A DNA stretch of 64,000 bases from Dehalococcoidales bacterium (GTDB lineage Bacteria; Chloroflexota; Dehalococcoidia; Dehalococcoidales; RBG-16-60-22), in assembly GCA_041652735.1 (NCBI GenBank), contig JBAZGT010000003.1, positions 49,485 to 113,484 of the forward strand, in the 5' to 3' direction. The first letter of the stretch is position 1. Every line of letters starts with the position of its first letter. Positions 1 through 9,133 of the stretch are shown here, piece after piece. A program made the translations under genes and the position numbers. The notes beneath the pieces are model-generated. The model made no database searches. It was not told the origin of the DNA and saw only the letters and a list, made by a program, of their open reading frames with translations.

Positions 1-541
1 CCTCCGGGGCGGCTTCTTTAGCTACTCCCAGGCTGAAGCCGATGATGCCCGCCTTGGCGGCGGCGTAGCCGGCGGTGAACATGCCGCCGTGAATGCCCGC
101 GCCGGACGTGATGTTGACGATTTTGCCGCTCTTCTGTTTTATCATCAGCGGCAGGACGGTCATGGTGCCGTTGCGGGTGCTGGTCAGGTTGACGTTGATA
201 TCGAAAGCCCAGTCCTTGTCCGTCATCTGGAGGAAGGGCTTGGGGGGTGTACAGCCGCCGGCGTTATTGACCAGGATGTCTATCCGCCCGAATTTTTCCA
301 TTATCTTGTTCACCATGTCCGCCCATTCCGGCACGCTGGTGACGTCCGCTTTCAGCGCTATGGACTTGCGCCCGAGCTTCTCCACCGCGGCAGCCGTGGC
401 TTTGGCGCCTTCGAGGTCGAGGTCGGCGATGGCGACATCGCAACCTTCTTTGGCCAGCTGTAAAGCTATCGCTTTGCCGAAGCCTATCTGGCTGCCGGCC
501 CCGGTCACCAGTGCTATCTTGCCTTTTAAGCCCAGTTCCAT
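1..541 (-). CDS. short-chain dehydrogenase/reductase (SDR), partial (C-terminus lies left of window)
   Basis: Reverse-strand reading from ATG at 541 (GGAGG 6 nt upstream) gives MELGLKGKIALVTGAGSQIGFGKAIA... with a Rossmann TGxxxxxG motif. It is paralogous to the next gene and is missing from the ORF track because it runs off the edge. Confidence 0.8.
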   Translation of the reverse strand, partial: MELGLKGKIALVTGAGSQIGFGKAIALQLAKEGCDVAIADLDLEGAKATAAAVEKLGRKSIALKADVTSVPEWADMVNKIMEKFGRIDILVNNAGGCTPPKPFLQMTDKDWAFDINVNLTSTRNGTMTVLPLMIKQKSGKIVNITSGAGIHGGMFTAGYAAAKAGIIGFSLGVAKEAAPE

Positions 542-551
542 CTAATGCCTC

Positions 552-1337
552 CTAAAATTTTATAATCTTGCCGCCGTCCACGTCTATAACCTGGCCGACG
601 ATATCGCTGGAGACGTCCGATGCCAGGAAAGCCGCCATGCTGCCGATGTCCTGCGGCGTGGTCATCCTGCCGGCGGGTATATCCATGCTCACGTGCCTGG
701 CGAACTCCGGCGGGGTCTCCGCCGTTTTCAGTACCTGGCTGGAGCGTAAAAACCCCGTGTCCCCGATGCCGGGACTGATGCTGTTGACGTTGATGCCTTT
801 GCCTATCACTTCCTTGGCCAGGGACTTGGTGAAAGCCATCACGCCGGCCTTGGCCGCGCTGTAAATGCTGGAGTTGGCCAGCCCCATCGTGCCCACGCCG
901 GAAGAAATGTTGATAATTTTACCGTGCTGGCGCTCTATCATCTGCGGCAGCACCGCTTTGGTGCAGATGAACACCGCTTTGAGGTTGAGGTTGATATCCG
1001 GCTCCCACTCCGCCTCCGTCTTTTCCGCGAAAGGCCTGGGCGGGGTGGCGGCCCCGGCGTTGTTCACCAGAATGTCTATTCCGCCGAATCTGCCAACGGT
1101 CTGCTTTACCGCGGCGCCGACCTCCGCGCTGCTGGTGACGTCCGCTATCAGGGCCAGGGCTTCCCGCCCCAGCGCTTCGATAGACGCGGCGGTCTTTTGC
1201 GCGCCCTCCAGGTCTTTATCCACGATGACAACATTACAGCCTTCTCCGGCCAGCGCCAGGGCGATGCCCTTGCCGAAGCCGGTCTGGCTACCGGCCCCGG
1301 TCACCATTGCCACTTTGCCTTGCAGTCCCAGGTCCAT
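552..1337 (-). CDS. short-chain dehydrogenase/reductase (FabG-like SDR)
   Basis: 261 aa with VTGAGSQTGFGKGIA glycine-rich motif, NNAG, and YSAAK catalytic Y-x3-K. Confidence 0.9.
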   Translation of the reverse strand: MDLGLQGKVAMVTGAGSQTGFGKGIALALAGEGCNVVIVDKDLEGAQKTAASIEALGREALALIADVTSSAEVGAAVKQTVGRFGGIDILVNNAGAATPPRPFAEKTEAEWEPDINLNLKAVFICTKAVLPQMIERQHGKIINISSGVGTMGLANSSIYSAAKAGVMAFTKSLAKEVIGKGINVNSISPGIGDTGFLRSSQVLKTAETPPEFARHVSMDIPAGRMTTPQDIGSMAAFLASDVSSDIVGQVIDVDGGKIIKF

Positions 1338-1341
1338 GTTC

Positions 1342-2160
1342 CTACCCCCTTTGCCCGAATTTCCCCTCTATATTGCGGGTAATGCGCGCCGCGCTGGCTT
1401 TCAGCTCGATAATTATCTCTTTGACCCTGGGCTGCATACGCGGTTCCGGTCCCACCACGCTCAAACCTACCGGTAGAATGTAGTTGGAAATGGGCGCGGC
1501 GATGCACAGTGTCCCCTGGATGCGCTCTCCGCGGCTAACGGCGTAGCCTTTGACGAGGATATCCCGCAGCTGGGCCAGCAGCAGGTTTCTATCCGTGACG
1601 GCGGGCCCGTTCGGCGTAGTGATTTTGATGATATCCAGCAGCATGTTGAGTCGGCTGGCGTCCAGCTGGGCCATGAGCACCTTGACGGAAGCCCCGGAAA
1701 AAAGGCCGGCGGAAAACTGCTCCAGCCGGTAGCTTTCCCGCGTCACCCGCAGGTCATGCTGGCTGGGTATATCGTGGAGGGAAAGCAGCTGCATCCCGCT
1801 CAGGATATCCAGGGATACCGTTTCCCCGGAGGCGGAAGACAGCCGGCGCATCTCGGCGTCGGAGTAGAGAATAAGTCGCTTGTGGGTGCTGATGGCGTTG
1901 ACCGCGAACCGGCTGACCAGCAGGCTGAGGTAATACTGGCGGTTAATCGTGTCCTGCACGACGAGCTGCGACTGCTCCAGCAATTTGAGCACCCGGTGCA
2001 CCGTGGACTTGCTGAAGTTGCACTCCCTGGCGATATCGCTCACGTTGTGGATATCCTTGCTCAGGCATACAAGGATAGCCGCGGCATGGGCGATGGAACC
2101 GGTGGCCGGCTGGATTTTTGCCGGCCCGGTTTTCTGGCCTGACATTACCATATCAGTCAT
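1342..2160 (-). CDS. IclR-family transcriptional regulator
   Basis: 272 aa with N-terminal wHTH (VSDIARECNFSKSTVHRVLKLLEQSQLV) and a C-terminal IclR-type effector domain. It is divergent from the FAD oxidase operon. Confidence 0.85.
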   Translation of the reverse strand: MTDMVMSGQKTGPAKIQPATGSIAHAAAILVCLSKDIHNVSDIARECNFSKSTVHRVLKLLEQSQLVVQDTINRQYYLSLLVSRFAVNAISTHKRLILYSDAEMRRLSSASGETVSLDILSGMQLLSLHDIPSQHDLRVTRESYRLEQFSAGLFSGASVKVLMAQLDASRLNMLLDIIKITTPNGPAVTDRNLLLAQLRDILVKGYAVSRGERIQGTLCIAAPISNYILPVGLSVVGPEPRMQPRVKEIIIELKASAARITRNIEGKFGQRG

Positions 2161-2260
2161 CTCCGTACAAATATTCGTTCACGGAAGGCGCTTTTCCTCC
2201 CGGTGGGCGTCCGCGGAATGTTCAGCCTGTAGGAACCGGAGTTCCTTTTTGTTCGTAAAT

Positions 2261-2270
2261 ATTATAGCAC
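2261..2270 (-). promoter_or_regulatory. putative extended -10 (GTGCTATAAT on minus strand) for the IclR gene
   Basis: attatagcac is the exact reverse complement of gtgctataat at 2377-2386, in a divergent intergenic region. Confidence 0.3.
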
Positions 2271-2376
2271 ATGGTGTCAATAAAGCCTTGCGCCGGCAGG
2301 TTGTATTTTTAAATTTCCCCGCTCATTTCGGAAGATTTGAAGGGCGCGGAACTATTTTATCGTTGTTTGACACGTT

Positions 2377-2386
2377 GTGCTATAAT
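2377..2386 (+). promoter_or_regulatory. putative extended -10 (TGcTATAAT) for the FAD oxidase operon
   Basis: gtgctataat lies about 125 nt upstream of the ATG at 2511. TATAAT at 2381-2386 is preceded by TGc. Confidence 0.35.
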
Positions 2387-2510
2387 GAGAAATATTTTAC
2401 GGCCAGCACAAATTCAGATATACGGAACGTACGAACCGCAGCCTGGTTGGCCGGGCCCATTTTGTTTAATGTATATTGCCACGCGTCCATCGCCGTGAAG
2501 GGAGGGTAAA

Positions 2511-3977
2511 ATGATTGCCAAAAAAGAACTGAGCGGAATAGTCGGTGCCGGTAATGTCGGCAGCGATGCAGCCACGCTGGCGCAATACGCCGGGGACATG
2601 AGCTTCGTCCATCATGTGCAGCCGGACTACGTGGTTAAGCCGCGCAACGCCGACGATGTGGAAAAACTGGTGAATCTCGCCCGGGAAAAGAAGGTGCCGC
2701 TGGTGCCGGTAAGCTCCGGCGTCCCCCACTTCCGCGGCGATACCGTCCCCTCCGCCGGCGGCGCGGTTATCGTCGACCTTTCCAATATGAAGAAAATCAT
2801 CCGCGTGGACCGCTATAACCGCGTGGCGTTGTTCGAGCCGGGCGTGACCTACGGCGAGCTGATTCCGGCGGTGGCTAAAGAAGGCCTCCGCCTCAATATG
2901 CCCCTCCTCCCCCGGAGCACCAAGTCCGTGGTGGGCAGCATGCTGGAGCGGGAGCCGGTGGTCATGCCGGACTATCACTGGGACATCGCCGACCCGCTTT
3001 GCGATGTGGAGATTATCCTGGGCAGCGGCGCTTTATTCCGCACCGGCGCTTCCGCCGGGCCGGGCACGCTGGAGGAGCAGTGGAAGGTGGGCGGCGCGCA
3101 GAAAGAGGCGGCCGGTCCTTCTTCCGCTTCCTGGTACCGCGTTATCCAGGGCGCGCAGGGCACCATGGGCATCGTCACCTGGGCGTCCGCCCGCTGTGAA
3201 ATCCTCCCTAAAAAAGAGGAGCCGTTCCTCGCCGGCTCCAGCGATTTGGCTAAAATCATGGAAATGGTGCACTGGCTGATTCGGCTGCGTCTGGTTAACG
3301 AGTGCTTTATCCTGAACAGCACCGACCTCGCCACCCTTTTACCCAAGAAATCGTCCCATGAATACCCGCAGGTCAAGAGCAGCCTGCCGCCGTGGATTCT
3401 CTTCTATAATGTAGCCGCCTATGATTATCTCACGGAAGACCGGATAAAATGGCAGGTGGCGGACATTAAAGATTTATCCCAGCGCCTGGGGCTGGAACCG
3501 GTGCAGTCGCTCGGGGCCGCCTCCGCCTTTGATTTGCTCAAACTGGTACAGGCCCCCTCCCCGGAACCCTACTGGAAAACGCCGGGCGGCTGGGGCTGCC
3601 AGGACATTTTCTTCATCACCGCCTTCGATAAAGTGAGCGGGTTGGTGGCCGCCATGCATGACCTGGCGGCGGAGGCCGGCTACCCCACCCCGGACATGGG
3701 CGTTTATATCCAGCCGGCGGTGCAGGGGGTTAACTTCCACGTGGAGTTCAACCTGTTCTATCCCCTCGGCAACCCCGCGGAAGCGGCAAAGGTGCAGCAG
3801 CTTACGGTGAGCGCGGTGCGCCGGCTGATGGATAAAGGCGCTTTCTTCTCCCGCCCCTACGGCGACGCCACCGGCGCCATCATGAACCGCGATGCCGCCA
3901 CCGTGGCCGCCCTCAAGAAAGTAAAAGCTATACTCGACCCCGATAATATCATGAACCCGGGCAAGCTGTGTTTTTAA
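2511..3977 (+). CDS. FAD-binding (PCMH/GlcD-type) oxidoreductase
   Basis: 488 aa. The N-terminal 'LSGIVGAGNVGSDAATLAQYAGD' and PVSSG segment are typical of FAD-linked oxidases. An RBS (gaagggagggtaaa) precedes the ATG. Confidence 0.85.
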   Translation: MIAKKELSGIVGAGNVGSDAATLAQYAGDMSFVHHVQPDYVVKPRNADDVEKLVNLAREKKVPLVPVSSGVPHFRGDTVPSAGGAVIVDLSNMKKIIRVDRYNRVALFEPGVTYGELIPAVAKEGLRLNMPLLPRSTKSVVGSMLEREPVVMPDYHWDIADPLCDVEIILGSGALFRTGASAGPGTLEEQWKVGGAQKEAAGPSSASWYRVIQGAQGTMGIVTWASARCEILPKKEEPFLAGSSDLAKIMEMVHWLIRLRLVNECFILNSTDLATLLPKKSSHEYPQVKSSLPPWILFYNVAAYDYLTEDRIKWQVADIKDLSQRLGLEPVQSLGAASAFDLLKLVQAPSPEPYWKTPGGWGCQDIFFITAFDKVSGLVAAMHDLAAEAGYPTPDMGVYIQPAVQGVNFHVEFNLFYPLGNPAEAAKVQQLTVSAVRRLMDKGAFFSRPYGDATGAIMNRDAATVAALKKVKAILDPDNIMNPGKLCF

Positions 3978-3984
3978 GGAAGCA

Positions 3985-4056
3985 GACAGTAAATAGTAAA
4001 CAGTCCCCGTCCCCTTTTCCCCAAACTGTAAACTGTCTACTTTAGACTGAAAACTC
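3985..4056. repeat. dispersed intergenic repeat, family A (AAACAGT arm / C-rich core / AACTGTAAACTGT arm)
   Basis: gacagtaaatagtaaacagt-ccccgtccccttttcccc-aaactgtaaactgtctactttagactgaaaactc. Related copies occur at 5389, 17934, 19382 and 61927. Confidence 0.8.
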
Positions 4057-4077
4057 ACCGACTAAGGAGGTCCTAAT

Positions 4078-5346
4078 ATGGCGCTTGAAGATTTAAGAAA
4101 CGAGATGGAAACGTGCCGCCGCTGTTCCGCCTGCAAGTTCATGCCCTTTGAAAAGGTGACGGGCTACGCGCCGATTAACGTCTGCCCCAGCATTTCCCGC
4201 TATAACTTCCATACCTATTCCGGGGGCGGGCGCATGGTCAACGGCGTGGCGCTTCTGGAAAAAAGGCTGGATTTCTCCCCCAAGTTCATGGACGTGATGT
4301 ACAACTGCCAGATGTGCGGCGCCTGCGATGTCTCCTGCAAGTACGCCATGGACATGGAGGTCATGGAACCTATTTACGAGACCCGCATCAAGGCGGTGGC
4401 GGAAGGCCATACCAACCCTGCCCTGGACAAGGTTATCAACAGCCTGCGCAAGCAGGGGACGATGGTCCCCGGCGCCAAAACAAAGCGCGGGGACTGGGCG
4501 GAGGGGCTGGGACTCAAGGACTGCACCAAAGAGAAAGTGGACGTTATCTTTCACGTGGGCTGCCAGACCAGCTTCAATAAAGATATGTGGCACCTGGCCA
4601 GGACCACGGCCAAGCTTTTGCAGAAAGCCGGCGTGAACTTCGGGGTGGCGGGAGAGAGCGAGACCTGCTGCGGCGGGCGCGCCTACCAGACGGGCTACCG
4701 GGACGACTTCCTTGCCCAGGCCAAAAAGAACATGGTCATGATTAAAAAGTCCGGCGCCAGGACTCTGGTCACCGGCTGCGCGGACGGCTACCACGCCTTT
4801 AAAGTGCTCTATGATAAATTCAACCTCAAGGGCAAGCTGGAAGTCCTGCATATTACCGAATACCTCGACCGGCTGATAAAAGAAGGCAAGCTCAAGCCCA
4901 AGAAGAAGGTTGACATAACCGTAACCTACCACGACCCCTGCCACCTGGGGCGGCTGGGAGAGCCGTTCGTTCACTGGCAAGGCAAGGAGATTCCCGGCCA
5001 TATCCGCATCTTCGAGCCGCGCAAGGAATGGCGGCGGGGCACCTACGGCGTTTACGAGCCGCCGCGCGATGTGCTAAAGAGCATCCCCGGCCTCAAGCTG
5101 GTGGAAATGACGCGTATTAAAGAGTACACCTGGTGCTGCGGCGCCGGCGGCGGCGTCAGCGTCTCCAACCCGGACTTTTCCCTCTGGACGGCCGTGGAAA
5201 GAATTAAAGAGGCGGAGTCCACCGGGGCGGCGGCTATCGTTACCACCTGCCCCTGGTGCGTCAGCAACTTTACCGGGGCTATCAAGGAAAAAGGCAGCAG
5301 CCTGAAAGTCTATGACGTTATAGAGCTGCTGGAAAAAGCGCTGTAA
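4078..5346 (+). CDS. (Fe-S)-binding protein, GlcF/HdrD-like with two CCG domains
   Basis: 422 aa with two 4Fe-4S ferredoxin-type motifs (CRRCSACKF..CP; CQMCGACDVSC) and two CCG motifs (ETCCGG, WCCGAGG). Confidence 0.85.
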   Translation: MALEDLRNEMETCRRCSACKFMPFEKVTGYAPINVCPSISRYNFHTYSGGGRMVNGVALLEKRLDFSPKFMDVMYNCQMCGACDVSCKYAMDMEVMEPIYETRIKAVAEGHTNPALDKVINSLRKQGTMVPGAKTKRGDWAEGLGLKDCTKEKVDVIFHVGCQTSFNKDMWHLARTTAKLLQKAGVNFGVAGESETCCGGRAYQTGYRDDFLAQAKKNMVMIKKSGARTLVTGCADGYHAFKVLYDKFNLKGKLEVLHITEYLDRLIKEGKLKPKKKVDITVTYHDPCHLGRLGEPFVHWQGKEIPGHIRIFEPRKEWRRGTYGVYEPPRDVLKSIPGLKLVEMTRIKEYTWCCGAGGGVSVSNPDFSLWTAVERIKEAESTGAAAIVTTCPWCVSNFTGAIKEKGSSLKVYDVIELLEKAL

Positions 5347-5361
5347 AAACATACTATTGTT

Positions 5362-5385
5362 GTCATTCCGGCGGAGGCCGGAATC
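5362..5385. repeat. short hairpin repeat, family B (GTCATTC...GAATC type)
   Basis: gtcattccggcggaggccggaatc is a perfect stem (ccggc/gccgg), followed by a G-rich tract. Confidence 0.8.
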
Positions 5386-5388
5386 CAT

Positions 5389-5447
5389 GAGGTGGGGTGG
5401 GGTAACTAATAACTGAAAACTGTAAACTAATAACTGTTAACTAATAA
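5389..5447. repeat. family A repeat (G-rich core variant)
   Basis: ggtggggtgggg-taactaataactgaaaactgtaaactaataactgttaactaataaac. Confidence 0.7.
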
Positions 5448-5470
5448 ACACCGCCGAGGAGGTAAAAAAG

Positions 5471-7036
5471 ATGTCTTTACCCAAGGATTTTTATAAAGCG
5501 TTAGAGGACATCCTGGGGCCGGAAAACGTTTCCGACGACCCCGTTATCAACGAGTCGTACTCCTTCCCCATCCGCAAGAAGACGATGCCGGAGAAGGTGG
5601 GGTATTTGCCCCGCTTCGAGGCCGTCGCCCTTCCCGCCAGCACGGCGGAGGTGCAGGCCATCGTCCGGCTGTGCAACAAGCACAAGGTGCAGTATAAGGC
5701 ATCCAGCACCGGCTGGCTCTACTGCGACCCCGTTGCCCCCAACTGCATCAAAATAGACCTGCGCCGCATGAACCGCATCCTGGAAATCAATGAAAAGAGC
5801 ATGTACGCCGCCGTGGAGCCTTACGTCATCGGCGCGCAATTGCAGGCGGAGCTGATGAAAAAAGGACTCACCTGCAACCAGTGCGGCGCCGGCGCCAACT
5901 GCTCCATCATGCCGCTGGCCTCCCACGTGGGGCTGGGGCACATGAGCCAGAGCGGCAGCTACACGGAAAGAAACCTCCTGGCGGTGGAATGGGTCACCGG
6001 GGAAGGGGATATCGTCAAGCTGGGGTCTTTAGGCTCTTTAGGGGAGTGGTTCAGCGGGGACGGCCCCGGGCCTTCTTTGCGCGGCGTTATCCGCGGCAAC
6101 TCCACGCCGCTGGCCGGTCTTGGCGTTTATACCGCCGGCGCGGTCAAGATATACCACTGGGCCGGCCCGCCGGCCTGGAAGGTGGACGGCGTTTGCCCCC
6201 AGTACAGCCACCCGGAAATGCCTCCCACCGTAATGATACGCTACCTGTCTTTTAAGGATATCGAGGACACCTTCGAGGCGGTGCGGCGCATCGGGGAGGC
6301 GGAAATCGGCTACACTTTAATGGGCTTCAACGCCGCCATGATGGCTTCCAACATCGCCACGGACAACCAGGAAGATTTGGACTACCTCAAGCAGTTCGCC
6401 GCGCAGGTGCAGGGCGTGGGCTTCCTTATTATTATCGTCGGCAACTCCGCGCGGGACTTCGCTTACAAGAAGGGCGCCCTGGAGCAGATTATGCAGGAGA
6501 CCGGCGCCATGTCTCTGAAAGACGTGGAAGACCCGGTCATGGGTGCCGGCTTTGCCTGGCGCTTCATCCGCATCACCGGCTCCATCCGCGAGACCTCCCG
6601 CGCTACCGGCTGGGGCGGCGGCACGGTGGGCGGCTCCGATGTGTTCCCGCTGATGACCCGCTACATCCTGCACACCTCCAACCTCAAGCAGCAGCTTATC
6701 GACCAGGGCCTTATCATGGACGATTTCACCCACCCCTTCATCCAGTCCATCGAGCACGGCCATACCGGCCACGGTGAAATCCTGATACGCTATAATCCCG
6801 CCGGCCCCGACCACATCAACAAGGTGCAGGGGATGCTTTCCCGCGAGGCCAACAAGACGGCTATCGAGGGGCGCTTCGGGGTACCGCACCATGTCTGGAG
6901 CGATGCCCTGCACGATATGTACGGCCCGGAGGCGCATAACTACCACTTATTATTAAGGAAGATAAAGAAGACCTTCGACCCCAATGCGGCGTCGGAGTCG
7001 TCCAACTATATTACCGCCAGGGATGAGAAAAAGTAG
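5471..7036 (+). CDS. FAD-binding oxidoreductase (second FAD-linked oxidase-like subunit)
   Basis: 521 aa. The N-terminus LPKDFYKALEDILGPENVSDDPV is typical of FAD-linked oxidases. An RBS (gaggaggtaaaaaag) precedes the ATG. Confidence 0.75.
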   Translation: MSLPKDFYKALEDILGPENVSDDPVINESYSFPIRKKTMPEKVGYLPRFEAVALPASTAEVQAIVRLCNKHKVQYKASSTGWLYCDPVAPNCIKIDLRRMNRILEINEKSMYAAVEPYVIGAQLQAELMKKGLTCNQCGAGANCSIMPLASHVGLGHMSQSGSYTERNLLAVEWVTGEGDIVKLGSLGSLGEWFSGDGPGPSLRGVIRGNSTPLAGLGVYTAGAVKIYHWAGPPAWKVDGVCPQYSHPEMPPTVMIRYLSFKDIEDTFEAVRRIGEAEIGYTLMGFNAAMMASNIATDNQEDLDYLKQFAAQVQGVGFLIIIVGNSARDFAYKKGALEQIMQETGAMSLKDVEDPVMGAGFAWRFIRITGSIRETSRATGWGGGTVGGSDVFPLMTRYILHTSNLKQQLIDQGLIMDDFTHPFIQSIEHGHTGHGEILIRYNPAGPDHINKVQGMLSREANKTAIEGRFGVPHHVWSDALHDMYGPEAHNYHLLLRKIKKTFDPNAASESSNYITARDEKK

Positions 7037-7044
7037 GCTGTCAT

Positions 7045-7068
7045 GTCATTCTGGCGGAGGCCAGAATC
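7045..7068. repeat. family B hairpin repeat
   Basis: gtcattctggcggaggccagaatc. Confidence 0.8.
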
Positions 7069-7106
7069 CACTGAAAATACCTGGTATATTTTAGGGTTCA
7101 TATATG

Positions 7107-7130
7107 GATTCCAGCCTTCGCTGGAATGAC
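7107..7130. repeat. family B hairpin repeat (inverted orientation)
   Basis: gattccagccttcgctggaatgac. With 7045-7068 it forms a larger GTCATTC...GAATGAC inverted pair. Confidence 0.8.
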
Positions 7131-7200
7131 AATACTGGTGGAGGATTACTTTCCTCTTCTGTGAAGGGAGAGGCACAAAATAGATTAGGAGGGAACACCA

Positions 7201-7977
7201 ATGTTGCTTAAAGACAGGGTTGCCATTATCACCGGCGGTGCCCGCGGCATGGGCCGGGCTATCGCGCTGCGCTTCGCTAAAGAGGGCTGCTCCTCGGTCA
7301 TCGTCGACCTGCTGGACCAGGACGGCGAAAAGACGGTGGCGGATATCAAGAAGGCCGGGAAAGACGCTATTTACGTCCGCTGTGATGTCACCAGCAGCGC
7401 CCAGGTGAAGGACATGGTGGCTAAGGCCGTCGCCAAGTTCAAGAAAATAGACATCATGGCCAACTGCGCCGGCATCGGCAAGCCCCCCAAGCTTATCGGC
7501 GATATTTCCGAAGAAGAATATGATAAGGTAGTCGCCGTCAACATGAAGGGCATTTTCCTCTGCCTCCAGGCCATCGCCCCGCACATGAAAGCCAACAAGT
7601 ACGGCAAGATTATCAATATCGCCTCGCTGGCGGGCATTTCCCCCAGCCCGATGTCCATTCACTACGCCGCCGCCAAAGCCGCCGCCAAGCACCTGTCCGA
7701 CTGCTTTGCGCTGGAGGTGGCCAAGTTCAACATCACCTGCAACGCCATTCTGCCCGGCATGATACGCACGGACATGACGCGTGATTTCGCCCCGCCCATG
7801 ATTAAAGACCTGGACGGTTTCATGAGCAAGATGGCGGAAGGCATACCCCTGGGCCGTGAGGGAACGGTTGATGATATCGCCTCGGCGGCGCTTTTCCTGG
7901 CCTCGGAAGAGTCGTCCTACATTACCGGGGACAGCATCCGCGTCGGCGGCGGCATGCCCAACCGGGCCGCGGGATAA
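7201..7977 (+). CDS. short-chain dehydrogenase/reductase (SDR)
   Basis: 258 aa with ITGGARGMGRAIA, NCAG, and YAAAK catalytic motif. RBS ggaggg. Confidence 0.9.
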   Translation: MLLKDRVAIITGGARGMGRAIALRFAKEGCSSVIVDLLDQDGEKTVADIKKAGKDAIYVRCDVTSSAQVKDMVAKAVAKFKKIDIMANCAGIGKPPKLIGDISEEEYDKVVAVNMKGIFLCLQAIAPHMKANKYGKIINIASLAGISPSPMSIHYAAAKAAAKHLSDCFALEVAKFNITCNAILPGMIRTDMTRDFAPPMIKDLDGFMSKMAEGIPLGREGTVDDIASAALFLASEESSYITGDSIRVGGGMPNRAAG

Positions 7978-8040
7978 AAGGGATTAATTTTTAGTAATTA
8001 ATGGGGGGCAGGGGAGTCAAAGACGGGATAAATATACCGC

Positions 8041-8095
8041 TCATGGTGAGCCTGCCTGCCCTTCATAGCTTCAGCGTAGGAGGGTCGAACCATGA
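8041..8095. repeat. hairpin repeat (TCATGGT...ACCATGA type, family B-like)
   Basis: tcatggtgagcc...gtcgaaccatga has 7-bp terminal inverted arms. Confidence 0.6.
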
Positions 8096-8161
8096 GGCCT
8101 TGCCCCTCTAAAAGCTCACTTCGTGGTGACTCAGTATCAACGGGGTGAGCGTACTAAAAAC

Positions 8162-8974
8162 CTAACTCTTTTCCTTGCCGAATACCCGCGCGATGTTATC
8201 CGATATCTTGGCGGCGCTGGCTTTTACCGCGGTGATAACCTCGGTTTCCTTGGGCCGCAAGCGGCTTTCCGGCCCCACCACGCTCACCGCCACCGGCAGG
8301 CTGTAGTTTTTCAGCGGCGCGGACACGCACATCGCCCCGCTTATCCTCTCCCCGTAACTTACCGCGTAGCCCTCCCGCCGGATTTCCTTTATCTGCGCCA
8401 GCAGCTGCTCTTTGCCGGAGGTAACCCGTTCCGCGCCGCGGCTGGGACCGCCGGCCAGCGCCGCCTTGAGCTGCCGGTCGTTCAGGAGGGAGAGCAGCAC
8501 CCGGGTGGAAGCGCCCGTCTGCAAAGTGCCGGAGAGCCGGCTGGCCTGGATTACCCGGAGGTCGTGCCGGCTGGGTATCTCGTACAGGGAAAAATGCTGC
8601 GTGCCTATCAGGATATCCAGGGCTACCGTTTCCTCGGACAGCGCGGAGAGATGCTTCATCTCCCGGTTGGCGCACATGATAAGAAATTCATGGGTGGTTA
8701 CCGGGTTGGCGGCCAGCCTGGTAATCAGCGGCCCCAGGTAGTAGCGGCGGTTCATCGCATCCTGGATAACCAGTCCGGACTGCTCCAGCAGCTTGAGCAC
8801 CCGGTGCACGGTGGACTTGCCCAGCTTGCACTGCGCGGCGATGTCCGTCAGCGAGTGGGAGTCCTGGCTGATGCAGTCCAGCACGCTCACGGCGCGGGCG
8901 ATGGAACCGGAGGCCTGCCCGTCCCTCTCCGCGATATTGTCCTCTTTAGCGGCGCGGCCGCTGTCTTTACGCAC
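8162..8974 (-). CDS. IclR-family transcriptional regulator
   Basis: 270 aa with LTDIAAQCKLGKSTVHRVLKLLEQSGLV. It is a paralogue of 1342-2160. Confidence 0.85.
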   Translation of the reverse strand: MRKDSGRAAKEDNIAERDGQASGSIARAVSVLDCISQDSHSLTDIAAQCKLGKSTVHRVLKLLEQSGLVIQDAMNRRYYLGPLITRLAANPVTTHEFLIMCANREMKHLSALSEETVALDILIGTQHFSLYEIPSRHDLRVIQASRLSGTLQTGASTRVLLSLLNDRQLKAALAGGPSRGAERVTSGKEQLLAQIKEIRREGYAVSYGERISGAMCVSAPLKNYSLPVAVSVVGPESRLRPKETEVITAVKASAAKISDNIARVFGKEKS

Positions 8975-9133
8975 GGGACTATTATAGCATAATACAAAAA
9001 ACTACTCCCAACTTTTCTCAATACCAAATATGGAACTTCCTTTCCGGCGGCGGGGATAAGCGGTATAATACGCGGTAACAGTCCGCTTGGTACTATACAT
9101 TATATAAAAAGAACGCACAGGAGGTTCCCGCCG

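Noticed and set aside
5360-5400. Family B hairpins as tiny conserved ORFs ('VIPAEAGI…', 'VILR…'-type peptides).
   Set aside because: The same units occur in both orientations and in non-coding spacers with hairpin symmetry, so conservation is at DNA/RNA level rather than protein level.
8123-8992. 289-aa plus-strand ORF covering the second IclR gene. Similar overlapping ORFs occur at 59518-60726, 50817-51581, 52749-53477, 4093-5001, 6317-6946, 7006-7692 and 46659-47267.
   Set aside because: Each is antisense or out of frame to a gene with clear family motifs, has Arg/Pro/Gly-rich composition and lacks an RBS.
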